NCBI GenBank assembly: GCA_021613535.1
Contig: CP075493.1
Coordinates: forward strand, 11,408,001-11,472,000
Length of the DNA: 64,000 nucleotides
Direction: 5' to 3'
DNA from: Adineta vaga
Taxonomy: Eukaryota > Animalia > Rotifera
The translations under genes and the position numbers were made by a program. Positions 13,391 through 28,237 of this stretch are shown here, in pieces; positions within the stretch are counted from its first letter, which is position 1; the number at the start of each line of letters is the position of its first letter. The notes beneath the pieces were generated by a model, which had not been told where the DNA came from, ran no database searches, and saw nothing but the letters and a program-made list of their open reading frames with translations.

Positions 13391-16300
13391 ATGGATCGTA
13401 GTAGACGTGTTCCTAATAATCGAAAGCGTCGGCCACCAACCAAAAACCAGACAGAAGAATTAGCTGCTGCTGCTGCTGCTGCAAAACCGGAAAACTTCGT
13501 TTATGATAATCAAGATTTTCCCTCCCTATCTGCAGCTCCGGTCATATCAACGAAGAAAGATTCAAAGTCATCTACTCAGTTAAATGTACAACCAAAGATA
13601 GATGATCACGACGAAATAAAAACGCAACCATGTAATATAATAATGTGCTGTTTAAATGATTAATTTGATAGAAGTTTGATTTTCTTTAGTGGAATCGTCA
13701 AAAACTGAAGCATCGGTAACCACGAAACGAGCATCTCCATGGAAAACACCAGCAGAGCCGATGCAAGCTGTACCTTTGATGCATATTATATCTGAATGTG
13801 AAGAAGAAAAAGCCACTTCAAAAAAAAATCTTCCTACTGCATGTAAGATCTCTTTACTTTATTTTATCATGAATAACATAGGATGAACTATTCAGTGATA
13901 CTTGTAAATCAGAACTTTGTTCAATCATAAACAGGCGTTTTTCAATTTTTGTTTTTCATTAAAAGATACATCTGTCATTCAACCTGAAACTCGATTTATG
14001 ACACGTCGTGAAGATGAAATTGATACAAAATTATGTGAAATTATCCTAAATATCCATCTACGAAAAGAATATGTTTCACTTGAGCGTGTTGAACAAGAGC
14101 TTTTTGCATATTATAGAGTTCAATCATTTCGAGATCTACATGTCCACCAGCAGAATTTAAAAACATTAACTAATCTTATCCATCGTATTAAGGATGTCAC
14201 ATTTTATATGCAAATATTTGAACAAGTTTTCAATTTATGTACTTTACATGATCTCGGTCCATTGATAGCTAGATTTCTCAAACTCGAGACATACGAAGAT
14301 GCTCATTTAGGACCATTAGATGAGAATCCTGCAGTACAACGCGTCTTTAAGTATAAACCACGAAAACGTCATCAACCTATTCCGGAATTAACTTGTGGAC
14401 AAATAATAAATTCATTTCTTGTTTTCGGAGAAAGATATCATCGTAATGAACGCTATGATTACGACGCATTTCTCGACGATCTTGTTCAACAGAATCAATT
14501 ACATAATCAAAAAGAACTTGGTATTTATATTAAATCTTTTTCATATTTAATTGAAGTATGAATTTATAGAATGAACTTTAGAGAAATAACAATAGATCTT
14601 TTTGAATTATTGTAGGTATCAAGAAAAGTAGATCAAGAATGTAACAAATATAAGAAACAGATTGAAAAGGATGCACAAAGACAGATAATTCGAACAATCG
14701 AAACACGATTAGGCGAAATTCAAAATGATGTAGAAGACGAACTCAATTCATCAGCATACATCAACAAATCACCGATTGCTGTTTTGGATTATCTTGTTTC
14801 AATCGTTGACAAATATTTAACTGTACCTCAACAAAAACTTGTCCGTGATATATTGATGAAAATTCGAGAAAGTGAACTTCTACGATGTTTATTAAATATT
14901 AGTATATATTTGGGTACCATCGACGAACCTGCGAAATTCATTGATGAAATACAAAAATTCAATCGACAACAGGTGGATGAAAGTGGACGACAAAATTCTA
15001 CATCAACAAAATCGATGAATCATAGCAAAAAGGATCATCAACATACGGTCAATATGCAAAATGTAAGTTCTATTAATCATTTAGAATTGATCGAAAATAT
15101 CTTATATTTTAAGTCTAACACAACGATAGATTTGTCACGACCAACTATTGAGACATCATTTGAAAATTCGTCTTCACGGTCATCATTTGAGAATAGACCA
15201 AAAATATCGATAAAACAACTCTGTTCAGACATGTTCAAAATTCTGGTACGTTTCGATACAGTTCTTACTTTGAAACAATTATTTGATTTAAAAAAATATC
15301 TTTGTAATCAATATTCATTACATGATTTTTCCGAATTCGGTATTGCTAACGGCGATGATAAACCACTAGATATAATTACTTTTTTGCATACTTATCGTCA
15401 AGAAATCGATCCAAATGGAGAATTACTGATTTATGAAACGAATGCATCGTCAACAGGTGATCGACACGAACTGTATTCATTTGTTAATCAATTAGCAGTG
15501 ATTAACACTTGGAGAGAAAAACAACAAGGTGGAGAATTTTCGACAAGTAGAGAAGTTCCTTTGACTAAAAATCAACTGTCGGCTATTGGAAAAGCACTTC
15601 AATATAAATTCGGTGAAACTTTAACAAATACGCGTAGTTCTCAAATTATTAAAAAAGCAAAAAATCAATTTCATAAAGAACCACATTCAATTATCCAGTA
15701 AGTATTCTATCACTTATCTATAATTGTATCTGCGTTTATTTCTATGGATAGTTTCGAAGAATCTTTGTTAGATGAAGTTAATCTCAATCGTCTTGGAATA
15801 TGTCCACCATCACTTCTTGTTGATGAATCTCAATTATGTAAAATTATGCTTCAATGTCCGATTATGGATGATTTATCAACCTGGTTACAATGGTCCGATT
15901 TCTTTCAATCGAGATATGGTTCACTAAAAGCATTTATCGCTCGAAAAAAAGAAGAATTAGATTGTCTTCTTTTACTTGAAACATCAAATCATGAACTTTT
16001 ACGTCTTCCGATCGATTCTTCGCTTGATAAATTTGTAGAGGAATTAGAGAAAAGAAATATTCGTTCAAGTGTCGGTCATCTCTGTTCGATTATTATGTGT
16101 GAATATGTACAAGTCAATCAATTACCTAAAACTATATATCAACAAGTGATGAAAACATGGTTTATTGATCTTCGATCATCTGCTCAATTAGAACGTGATC
16201 GAAAAGAACCGATGCAGTATATTATGGAATTTATGACCTATTTACCAGGATTAATTGGTCAATCACGAATTGTTCAAGAATTAATACTTGATCCATTGGA

Positions 16301-19300
16301 TGAAGTCTTTGGAGAAAATGAAGAAATGAATGCACGCGAAAGAATCTGGTTATTAGCGCATGGAAAACAAAAATCAAAATTAGAAAAGTTCGGTTATATA
16401 CTTGATATTGATGAATGGAAAAATGAAAATAAATGGAAAGGAATTGAAGAACTTGAAGAGGAAGTCAACATTCAATCAATACAGACTTCGATTAGCAGAA
16501 CACAAATATTGCTTCAAGATACTGATGTACCGATAAGAATACAATCAACTTCAGTTGTAACCATTCCAACATCTCCTGCTGTTATCGAACGTCCAAATTC
16601 AATAAGCATTATTACAAATATCGATGATGCAAACTCAGGTTCTGCTGCATTTGAACATATTAAACAAATTCGTGAAGGATTTGGTGTTAATAATAATCTT
16701 GATTCTGTAGGACAATCAATTGTAGATAATCTGAAAGGTGTTCTTGAACGAAGTTTAGAAAAATTATCCAATGATCTCTATTCTGATCAAGGTCATTTCG
16801 TTTTGGAACTTATCCAAAATGCAGATGATAATCATTATCCTTCGGATTGTTTACCAACATTACGTTTTATTGTTTCATCAAATCGTATTCTTGTTTGTAA
16901 CAATGAAATTGGATTTCAATCGAACAATGTCACTGCTATTTGTAATGTAGGAAAATCAACGAAAGGTAAACATAAACAAGGTTATACTGGACATAAAGGT
17001 ATTAAAGTATTTATCTTATTTAAAATATATCGAATAGAATACTTTTTTTGTATATAGGAATTGGTTTTAAATCTGTTTTTATGGTATCTCATCGTCCTGA
17101 AATTCATTCGGGAGATTATCATTTTTGTTTCGATACGCTTTTAGGTAATGAACAAATTGGTTATATTCGACCAATTTGGTTAGAACAATCCGAAGAAATC
17201 TTACCATCAGCAGCCGATTGGAAAACATGTATTCGTTTACCAATAAAAATTGATCAACGTGGCGATCGATTGAAACGAAATTTTGATGATATTCAAGCTC
17301 GTCTTTTATTATTTCTTAATCGTCTTCGACAAATTGAAATTGTTCGAGAAAAAGATAATCATGAAAATCATACTCGAAGCTTCACACGTATTGATCATGC
17401 TCAAGGTCAAATTATTGAATTACAAGAACGAACAACTACATCAGACACTATTGTTCGAAGTTTTTGGCTTGTCGTTAAATCAAATAATGAAGTTCCGCCA
17501 AATATAAAAATGTATTTAAATGATATTAAAGGCGATGTTCAATCAACAATCATTGCTATTGCTTATCCATTAGATGCAATTCATGAAGCATCATCCTACG
17601 CTATACTTCCATCTCAACCACTTTTTGCTTATTTACCACTGCGTTCGTATGGTTTTCGTTTTATTCTTCAAGGTGATTTTGAAATACCTGCTACTCGACA
17701 AGAAGTTCTACGTGATAATATTTGGAATGATTGGTTGAAAAAAGAAATGGCTCAACTTATCCCTGTTGCTTATGATTTATTTAAAAATTTACCTAATCTT
17801 CTAACGACATGTTCAGTTGACGTACAAAAACATATTGGATCATTAAATTCACTTGAAACTTTGAAATATTTTATCAAAATGATTCCAGCACGTAATGAAA
17901 TCGATCCGTATTTTAATTCATTTATTGATAAAAGTATCAAAGGACTGATGGGTTGTATTCGCTTACCAATTATCAATGAAGATACTCAAGAAATACTTCA
18001 ATGGATATCACCAACACAATGTGTATTTGTTCGTGATTCATTCATAAAGCATATTTTTACTTCGGATCTACTTTTATCACATTTCAATAGTTATTATCTA
18101 AATGAACAATTTGTTCATGAATGTGATGAAACTATTTTAATGAAATTAGGCTGTCGACGATTAGATTTTTCGACTATTTTAAAATTAATTAAAACATTAT
18201 ATACACAAAATGATCAAGAACATTCGACAAAAACTACATCGATTGAACAGAGTTCGTTACGATTGAATTTTGTAATATTAATATAAAGAAAATGTCTTTC
18301 ATTTTAGTTGCTCAATGGTTTTTATGTATTGATTATAGTTTACAACAAGAACGAGAAAAACCAAGTTTTAATCTCGATGATACCGAACACAATGAACTGA
18401 CAACGATTGATCAATTAAAAAAACTGAAGATCATTCCATTACAAGAACAAACACGATTAGTATCGATCGAAGAGATGAAAGAACGAGTCATTCTTTTCCC
18501 ATTAGATAAATCAACACAATTTTCGAAATATCTCAAACTTGCTGCAGAAGGTTTACCAACTATTGATCAAAGATTAATCGAATATATCGAAAAGAAATAT
18601 CCTCGACGTTTAGATTCAATTAAAAATTTACTTAAAAGTATCGGTATAAGTGAATTTAATAATGTACGAAGAATTTTTACGAATCATATCTTACCCATTA
18701 TGTCAGATGAGATGGAATGGAAAACAAAATCTGATTCTGTTCTTATTGCATACTTAATTCTAATTTATAAAGATTTATATTCACTTAATCCAGCACATTT
18801 TGCCAATGATATGGAAAAATTAAGAAATTATTTAATTATCAAAACACGTCAAGGTAATTTCATTCGTATAAATTCGAATGACATTCAAGATATTGTTCAT
18901 TTAACATCATTTTATGGAAGTCAAACATCAGTCGATATGTTGAAATTATTTCCTAATCGATTTACATTTATATCCGAGATTATATCACTCAATATCAAAA
19001 AGAATTATTTTATCAAGATCGAGAACGACAACGATTTAGCTATTTTCTTAATGAACTAAATCTTCATGGTTCTTTTCTAATCAAGAAAATTGATCAAGGT
19101 AACTTTTTCTTTTCCATTCGAAACGTTTTTGTATACTCTTTATATTCTTGTAAGGTTTCGCTAAAGTTGAACAACTTGTAAATACACAATGGAGTTCAGA
19201 AATTGGCACATTATCTTCGTTGATATTTGAACCATTTCTCATTCAAGATAGTTGTTGTGCTGAATTGGATGCATTCATTACATCCAAAGATTCTCTTACT

Positions 19301-22029
19301 GCCGATCAATATCTTGAAATTTTACAGTATTTAGATTTTACATTTCAATACTTTCGATCTTATTATTCAGCATCAGTTATTCGTTCTCGTGATCGTCATA
19401 CAGGCGATATATCACCAGTACATGGTGTTGCTTCTTCACTTTGTTTATCGTTGAGAGGACATTCGTGGATACCAGTGTCGAATGAACAATTCTACAAACC
19501 ATCAGATGTCTATTGGTTACCAATGAATCATCCTTTTCGTCGATATGTTCCTTGTTTAGATCCATTGAAAGTTCTATTAAAAGATAAGAATTTTATTGAA
19601 GTACTTGGGTTTCAATCAGAAATATTACCAATGACAATGTTTGAATTATTAATGAAATGGTCATGTAATCTTGATCATGATAAATTATGGAAATTAATCA
19701 ATACGTCTAAAGAACAAAATTGGAATATGTAAGTTATTATCATAAGCAGATAGATAAATTCTCTTTTTTCATCTAGAATTCCATGTACAATATCTACTGA
19801 ATCACGTCAGTTGTGTCATGATACAGTTCTTAATATTCAAAATATCTACATATTTATATGTCAAGATGAAAACATCCGTCGTCTTCTTGCTAGTTTTCGA
19901 CACTGGCCATTGATATTCATTCCACGAACCAATAATATTGGAGAATTTCTTTATGCTAATGAAGTATTTTGGCAAGATCCACTCGGATTGTTAACACCTA
20001 TTGGTGATACAATAGATAATTCAAAACAACCAATCGCTATACAACCATATTATCAAAATAATCATGTCTTTCAACAATTCTTTTTCAATACGTTTCAAAT
20101 AAAACAAGGACCAACATTGAATGATTATCTTCTCTTACTAAAGAATATTAAATATAAAACATTGGATCATATTTGGAAATGCATTTGTGTGATTACAAAA
20201 TTAGCATTTACTGATAATAAACAAAGTTTTGTTCGAGGTATTTTAGAAAAAGGATCATCTTGATATAACAGTATAATCGAGTTTCTATTTAGATACAACG
20301 ATTGATTGGCCATTTATTCCTTGTTTGAATAATGGAAATAAATGCGTGAAGTATACAGATCGACCATATTTTCCTCATGATATGACTATTGCAAATCTTT
20401 TTTCCGATGTAATACGAATTATTCAGTTACCAAGTATGTTTTGTTTGAAAGCGAGAAAAATTCTAGTCGCATATTCGTTTCTTTTACTTTTTAGATGAGT
20501 TAATCCATATGGTTGAATTTAAGCAACAGTTTTGTACGCTTTTCAATATCGAAGATTTAGCAAATGTAATAAAACTATCGGCCAATGTTGATAACGAACA
20601 AATAGCAAGTGAATTACAAGAATTTTACAGTTATTCAATTGAAATCATTCAATATTGTTTAATTCACAATAAACTTCTATCAGAAGAACGAGCTTCTTAT
20701 CTTCAATCGATTTTCTCGGAAATGAATTTTCTTTCAGTTGGTTGTATTGATCTATCGTACCAATATGGTGAGAATATTTTTCGAAAAACACCTTCACCTT
20801 CGACGTTGATTTGTTATATCGAAGAATCTACAAGAAAGTTTTTCATTTTGCAAAAATATGAAACAAATGAAAACTATCATATCGATGCTATGGTAAATTA
20901 TTTGATCCAAGATACATCCATTCGTTTAAAACTATCGGAATCAATACAAAAATTATATAAATCATATAAAAAATATGGTATAGAATCATTAATGAAAGAA
21001 CGAGATGGACTTCCTGGTCACAATCTACCTAAATGGGTGATTCCACGAACAATAAAAAAGGAATTAGATTCTTCTGTGATGAAAAAGGAAACAGAAGAAG
21101 AAGAAGAAGAGGATGAAGCAAATAATGATGAGATTATTATTACACCAGAAATGTTAGAAAAAATGAAAAATGAACCTGGTTGGCAATTGAAAAAACCTTC
21201 CACTAAAATACTAGTAGATCCAACTCAACCAAAACGCGTCACTTGTTTTCCAGCTACAGCTGGTGCAGTTCGTACAGATGAAATTTTAGATAACAATCAT
21301 CCATCCATATCGAATTTACAATTGACAGATATGGTCAAAAAACAAAAGACAACAATTAATGATGAAATAACTTCCTCATCATCGAATCCCACCGACCATA
21401 ACTTCAGTGAACATACTGCTAAACAACTGGAAACAGAAGACAGAGAGAAAGATGTTAAAACTATGGATCGATCGACTGTACCTCATACGACTTCTGCTAG
21501 ACTCGGCGATTTTACATCGATACCACCACCTATCAGTTTCGAACATATTCGTATATCAAATTTTACCGATATTGTTCTATCTCCCACTATATTACCTGAT
21601 CAGTCTGCTGCTGCTACCATGCAGACGTCTAACAATGAAATTGATATTATAGTTGGTCGTCGAGGTGAAGATTTTGTCTATCGATATCTTCAATGGAAAC
21701 ATTCCGATGCACAAATCCAATGGATTAATCAGCAAGCAGAAACAGGCCAACCATTTGATATTGAAATAATTCATAAAGACAAAAACAAAAAACCAGAATT
21801 TATCGAAGTTAAAACTACTCGAGTACCTAATCAAAATACTTTTCAAATATCAATTGGTGAAGTGGACTGTTTACTTCAATATCAAAATAATTACTATATT
21901 TATCGTGTTTATTATAATGATGACGATGAAAAACTATCAACAATAACGATTTTAAGCCGAATTAAATATCATTTACAACAAAAAAAATTGGCACTTTCAA
22001 TAACAATTGCAGAAAAGTTTGATGAATAA
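13391..22029 (+). CDS. NO VEIN-like / sacsin-related large protein: GHKL ATPase plus C-terminal DUF3883 (NOV_C) PD-(D/E)xK nuclease-like domain; about 10 short introns, one frameshift near 18977
   Basis: GHKL motifs HFVLELIQNADDN, NNEIGF, ICNVGKSTK and GHKG|IGFKSVF (split by an intron at about 17000-17057); LFAYLPLRSYGFRFILQGDF..PATRQ; C-terminal GRRGEDFVY, PFDI, FIEVKTT, FQISIGE. Consecutive ORFs are joined by GT-AG introns. Confidence 0.88.
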
Positions 22030-22329
22030 TTAACTTTTTTACTACATTTGCTTAAGACATACAACACGCGTTGTATATTTCTCTACAGAACAAATCATAT
22101 TTTTATTAAAATCAAATTCGAAAAAGAAGCTGAGTGAAATTTTCTCTTATACGTTATGAATAAATTCATTTACTATAGTAATGAAGCTATATGCACTGTT
22201 TGTTGATGCATTTTGATATATAAGACAAAAGCTGATAAGGTGAAACACGTGCACTAATACATTTGAAAAGCCATAGTATTATGTTGTAGTACGTATATTT
22301 GGTCATAAGTATGTGATTAACGATACATC

Positions 22330-25300
22330 CTAATCGATATTGTGAAGTGTTGATTGTACGTGAACTTGTGCAATATTTCGGTTACATTTTTCTTTAAATT
22401 TGTGAAGTGCAGAAAGAATAAGGGGAACTGCAAGTTTAAGAAAAGTTGACAATCCACCATAAAGACCTAAAAGTGTTGTTAAAACAAAAATGAAACTATT
22501 TCGTTCTATTCGTGTAACAGAACAGACAGAGGATGACATGTACTGAAGAAACGTCCGTAAGATACATTTGATGAACATGTTTCAATAAACATATTCTGTA
22601 CAATGGAATCAACTGTGTCATTTGAAGCAAAACGAGTTTTATTCTTATTCAATCCATCGAGTGAGAATGAAGTGATATTTACGTATGAAGTTAAAAGATT
22701 AATACAAGATTTTTCGTATAGACATTCGATTGTACTTCGAAGAATTGATTCAAGTGGTGTACATCTGTAAGAAAAAAAAAGTAGTTCGTTATTTTATGCA
22801 CAGAAATATTTTCTTACCCAACAACGTAACCTGGAAGGAAAGGTGCTGATGCTTGTGTACACGTTGATAATGTCGCACAATTACAGTTATTCAATCCATA
22901 GTGCTGTGGATGTAAATATATAGTTGGTGAATCGCTCAAAAATCGAATAACAGGATACCAATTTGTTGTATATGCCGATACTAAACTATTTGCTTGTGTC
23001 ATACCTCGTATGAGTCGAAGAGAATTTGAAAATGAATTCGGTAGAGTTCCCAAAAAGTTAGTAAGTGATGCATTAATAAGTTTGTCAAACAATTGAAATT
23101 CAAGCATACTAGCGGAGACAAAAGATGAAGCAAGAAACTTTTCACGAGCATCGTTAGCAGCATCTTGGGAAGATTACAGACGATAATAAGACTTTGAAAA
23201 TGAGTAAAAACTGTGCCTTGAAGAGTAAATGCATTTATTGCTGCCTTCGAGACATCTAATTGATTGTATAAACGATATAATTCTTGAAGAAAAGATTCAG
23301 AAATAAATTGACTGCTGCATACTTGATGAAAATCACACGTAAGATCGACAAAAGATGAATATGTATTAGATAATTAAGTACAGGGGCAATTAACAGCATT
23401 TGAATCATAACGTTGTTGCAGCTGTTGAAATTCATCTAGAGATGGATTTTGAATTGTCAATGTAGTTATAGAATCGGTAAGAATCGTGTAGATAGCAAGA
23501 ATAAATAACGATGTGCAGAGACCGACTATATAGAATCTTGTAGCAGCACGTTCACGATAGATGTTACGAGTATGATACAGATTTTCGAAGATATTAAATT
23601 CTTTGATCCAAACATGAATCTTCATACGAAGTGTTGCAAGTCGTGATCGAAGAGAACCTAAACGATTACCGATTTGATTTGGTGCATTTTGCTGATGTCT
23701 TCTTTTTTGAGTGAGATTGATATAAATAGCGATAATGATGGGAGTTAAGAAGCGTAGAGAGACAGATAATCCCCCTATTAGAGATATAATTTGTGTTATT
23801 ACTTCGATTAGTGTATTTCTTCGTGATATCTGATAGGAACATAATGTTGGCTGACATTGAATAAAATAAGCTGAATAACTTTGAGATCCATTCCAATATT
23901 CAATAAATAGTTCTGATAGAATAGAACCAACACTATCATTTATCGAGTAATGACTAGCAAAAGAAGACGAATTCAATCGTGTAAAATTATTCAATGTTGA
24001 TACATTAAAATAACTGAAAAGATAATTTAAACAGATGTTATTATCATAGAAACATTCTAATGTTGATTGTAACAGAGATTCAACAGGAAAACATGCAGTA
24101 TACAGACCAGGTATAGTATAATGATCAATCCAATTTCCACGAGTGCCACTATAAATACCTGTCGTTACTTTACAACTTGGATCATTTGCACATGCGCATG
24201 ATGAAGATGAATTATCATAAATATGTTCCAATGGATACATCGCTGCAGTAGGAGGAGATGAAGCATTTATGCGAATGTCGAAATTACTGCGAGCTCCAGT
24301 GAGAAACTGATTAACATGTGTAAAATTACGCATTAATTGAAGAAAACGTCGAAATTCATTGATAGTTTCTAATTTGAATTGATGAATGATCGAAAGCATT
24401 TGATTAGTAAATAGGTCAATATTCAATAAATCAGCAGTAATCAATTGAATTTGTTCGAATTTTTCAAGTGTACTGATGATCGTATTATTCGAAAAAGTAC
24501 ATAATGATTGAAGTAATTGAAAAAGAGTTGCACTATTATGAAAATCACGGTAATAGTTTGGTGTATCCCATGCACGAATTGTACGAGCAACAGTAGTTAT
24601 CCAACGCGATGAAATAAAGTCACTCGAGCATACTTGGTGATAGAATGGTTTTAAATGAACTAACGAACCATAGGATACTGTCAATTGTGTACAGGGACAT
24701 CGAAGTGAAGAAATCAAACCATTACTTTCAGATTGTTGGAATTGCATGATCGTCATTAAAGAAGGATTGACCACTTTGATTAATTTTGTATCAGATCTAA
24801 GTAATAGATAGAAAATAAGAATGGCTAACGTAAATGAAAGAGAGATAATGTAAAAGCGTGTCATCCAACGTTGTTGTTTAATATCTGATGATTGTTGTCG
24901 AAGCAATGTGTTAAATAGATTCAGATGAACAACTAATTGCCATAACGATCGAATCGATGTTCGAAATCGTTCTGAGCAAGATATATCTGCTAAAGAAAAG
25001 GAATATTAACTCATATATGATATTATTTCAACAATTGGTTTTCAAAAACACTTACCTGTAGTTTCACTGATATCCTTATTATTATTATTATCATCATTAT
25101 CGGCAGTCTCATGTTTTGATATGCGTTTCATACAACAATTAATAAAGTTAATCATATGCGGGACAAGAAGACGTAAGACAACGGATAGGCCACCATAAAG
25201 TGCAAGTAGAGATGCTAATATGTAGAGAAAGCTTGAATGTTGAACATTTATATAAGTACATATCTGTGGTTGACATTGAGTAAAATATGCAGAATAGTTA

Positions 25301-26399
25301 AGAGATGGTGACCAACGATTGACAAATGAAGTTTTAATCAATTGCTCGAACGTTTTATTTTCATTTGCATATTCGAGTTCAATCAGAGCAGTCGGTGTGG
25401 AGTTCGATGGTATTTTTAAATGCATGGCTAAAATATTTAATGTACTCTGATTGGTTAAGAAACTGTTTGTTAATGATGATAACACCAGTGATTCTAACGG
25501 CCAACATCCCATAAACCAATTATTCGGTGTATATGACGCATTGATTAGAAATATACTTACTTGTCCATCATTATCAATTGTTTCAATATCATAGAAGCCA
25601 GCTGGTAAATAGCAAGTTGCATTAACATCACATGTGCAATATCGAAGATTTTTCATTCCTTTGAAATAGTTTAATTGCGCATTGAGATACCAATTAACAT
25701 CGTCATTTGTGTAAGTTAAAAGTGTGTATGGTGTCTGAATTCCAGAAATGAATGTATTTCCCATTGTAAATGATCGATAGAAAGATATATATATTGAGAG
25801 AAATAAGTAATGGCATCCGTTTGAAAGCGCTCAAATATTGCTTCTCCCCGAGCAAAGAATAATCTTTCGCTCAATAAATAATCCGAGATAAGTCTTTCTG
25901 TATAGAAAATTTCGATATTATTATTAATAGTTGCTTGTGATAAATCACATAATTTACGTAGAACTTGAAATTGATTACTGGCCGTAGCACGAAAATCAAC
26001 AACAAAACGTCTGAATGTAACATTATCGAAAAGTATATCAATCCATTCTTGAGAAATAAATTGACTCGTACAGATCTTATCATATTCAACAACAAACTCA
26101 GCAAATGAACCGGTTAAAATTGAAATTTGAGTGCATGGACATTTAAGAGTTGTATCATAAAGTTTTTGTAGTTCCATATATATCTCGAGAGACGGATTAC
26201 TTACTTCATAGTGTCTTGTTTCTAAACGTATTCCATTGTAAATAAGAATGATTGACATGCCAACAAAAAGAAGAAGGAGATAGATTCGTGTTGACCATCG
26301 TTGAATACTGATTGTTGCTTGATCAATCGCCTCAGTTTCGAATAGATTTATCTGAAGAAGATATTGTCGCATTCGACGATATATACGACAAGAATCCAT
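22330..26399 (-). pseudogene. Triple-repeat membrane protein (3 x [TM - Cys-rich loop - TM]), disrupted by indels and a stop
   Basis: Three homologous units each with TR(I/F)Y-TM-NPSL-CPCT-(HQV)CSSxFIS-CxC-ESxLxS-YxxYFxxCxPxxC-GGLS-TM. Apparent frameshifts near 25790, 23165 and 22525; in-frame TAA at 23374-23376; introns near 24990-25055 and 22766-22817. Confidence 0.7.
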
Positions 26400-27331
26400 T
26401 AATTCTCGACAAAAATAACTGAATTCGATCGAATAATACTCTTGTGCTTTGAAAGAAAAAGTGCGTAGAAGCAACGAGAATTAGAGCAATAATTTACTAG
26501 CAGTTTTGCTATGAGTGAAACGTCAGCATTTATTAGTAAAGAAAAATTCTTTTTAAAACACATCGAATATTTGTTTGAAACGCTTTTGTGATCAAGCATA
26601 AAAAGAGAAAAAAAAATGCTCTGTTAAACGATGAATGGTTAACACCCATTTAGTTTCTCATTGAAATAAAACTTCTGTGGAAAATCATAAGTAATACCTC
26701 GTTCTATTCGCTCAAGTGTTTACTGGAAAATATGCGTATGCGCTTTTCTAAGGACATTTATTCGATAAGGAATATGAATATTAAAATCATCGAGATGATG
26801 TAGGTCATATAGTATAATAGAGAAAGTTAGCCACAATATTCAATTTGTTTTTGTATCTTTATAAATAATCGATCGATTGTTTTTCCACAAGTCCTACAGT
26901 ATTACCGTACTAAAGTTGTTGTTGGTGAATATAAATCATATGTGAACGACAACATTTAAATGCATCGAAACCTTAGTTCTACTCTAATGAATGAAGACAA
27001 TTAATCATTTGAATCTTTCTTTTTTTTCATCAATAATTATAATTTTCGAGTTTTCATTCTACGGAAAAAATCATACATTCATTTGTCTGGATTCATACAA
27101 ATTGTAGACGATGTTTTTTTCCTGATTATATAAGAAAGATACTTATAAAAGAATGTGAATCCATCAAGTATGTTGAAAACATCAGGACTCTACTTTAAAT
27201 GAACTATAGAATTTGTTTTACATGATTCTTTTCACTTATTTATACAATCGAAAGAACTATATTGTTTTAAATTTTATTTGTAGACATAACAAAAATTTAT
27301 CTTAGATTGGAATATTTCTCTTTGAAAAACA

Positions 27332-28237
27332 ATGTCAAATTTGATTAAGCTTTTATTCTTATTTATATTCGAAATTCCAGCAATATGTGTATCAATCGTT
27401 ATGTTTGTGTACTTTTTCACAAATTCATTTGTTCGTTTAAAACCTAAAAATCACATTTGGATTTTTCTTCTTTTTTTTAATTTTATTCAATTAATAGTTC
27501 TTATGCCTATGCCAATTAGTTTTTATTATCATGAAAAAGTATGGCCAGCAACAAATGCTTATTGTGTTTGGTGGACTTGGTATGAATATTCATCAAATGC
27601 AGCTAGCTTAATTTTAATGGCATGGGCATCAATTGAACGGTATTTTTTTATATTTTATCCGAGATTTTTACTTGGAACGTGTTGGAAAATATGGTTATAT
27701 CATTTCATCCCAATACTTTTTTGTATTCTATGGCCATCCTTATGGTATTTTGCTGTCGCTGTTATTAGTCCAGATTGTGAAAATAAATGGGAGTATAATC
27801 GAGTTATTTGTGGTGTACCATGTTTTACATCAGTTCATGGCGGAATTGTTGGTGTTCTTCATTTACTTTTTAATGTTTTAATTCCAATTATAATTCTTGT
27901 TAGTACGAATATAACACTTATAACTCGTGTTATCTATGAAAAATTATCACGTAATCAAATTGTGAATTGGCGTCGTCATCGGAAAATGGCATTTCAATTA
28001 TGGTTTGTTTCATCTCTTTATATGACCGGCTGGTTACCATTGACATTTGTGGGTTTAATTCAATTCACTGTACAACCTAAATTCATGCTTGAACAATTAT
28101 CAACCATCTATTTTATTCTGTATTTTGTTCCACTTCTCTTACCATTTGTTTGTGCATGTTTATTTCCTGATGTTATTAAAGTCACACGCGAATCTGTGAA
28201 ACGACGAATAGCAAATCGAGTGATGACATCAGCATAG
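27332..28237 (+). CDS. Orphan class A (rhodopsin-like) GPCR, intronless
   Basis: Seven hydrophobic segments; C..W in TM3 region; LMAWASIERY (DRY-like); TM6 WLP. Confidence 0.85.
   Translation: MSNLIKLLFLFIFEIPAICVSIVMFVYFFTNSFVRLKPKNHIWIFLLFFNFIQLIVLMPMPISFYYHEKVWPATNAYCVWWTWYEYSSNAASLILMAWASIERYFFIFYPRFLLGTCWKIWLYHFIPILFCILWPSLWYFAVAVISPDCENKWEYNRVICGVPCFTSVHGGIVGVLHLLFNVLIPIIILVSTNITLITRVIYEKLSRNQIVNWRRHRKMAFQLWFVSSLYMTGWLPLTFVGLIQFTVQPKFMLEQLSTIYFILYFVPLLLPFVCACLFPDVIKVTRESVKRRIANRVMTSA

Noticed and set aside
21092-21117. GAA repeat run
   Set aside because: Simply encodes a poly-Glu linker inside the NOV-like gene.
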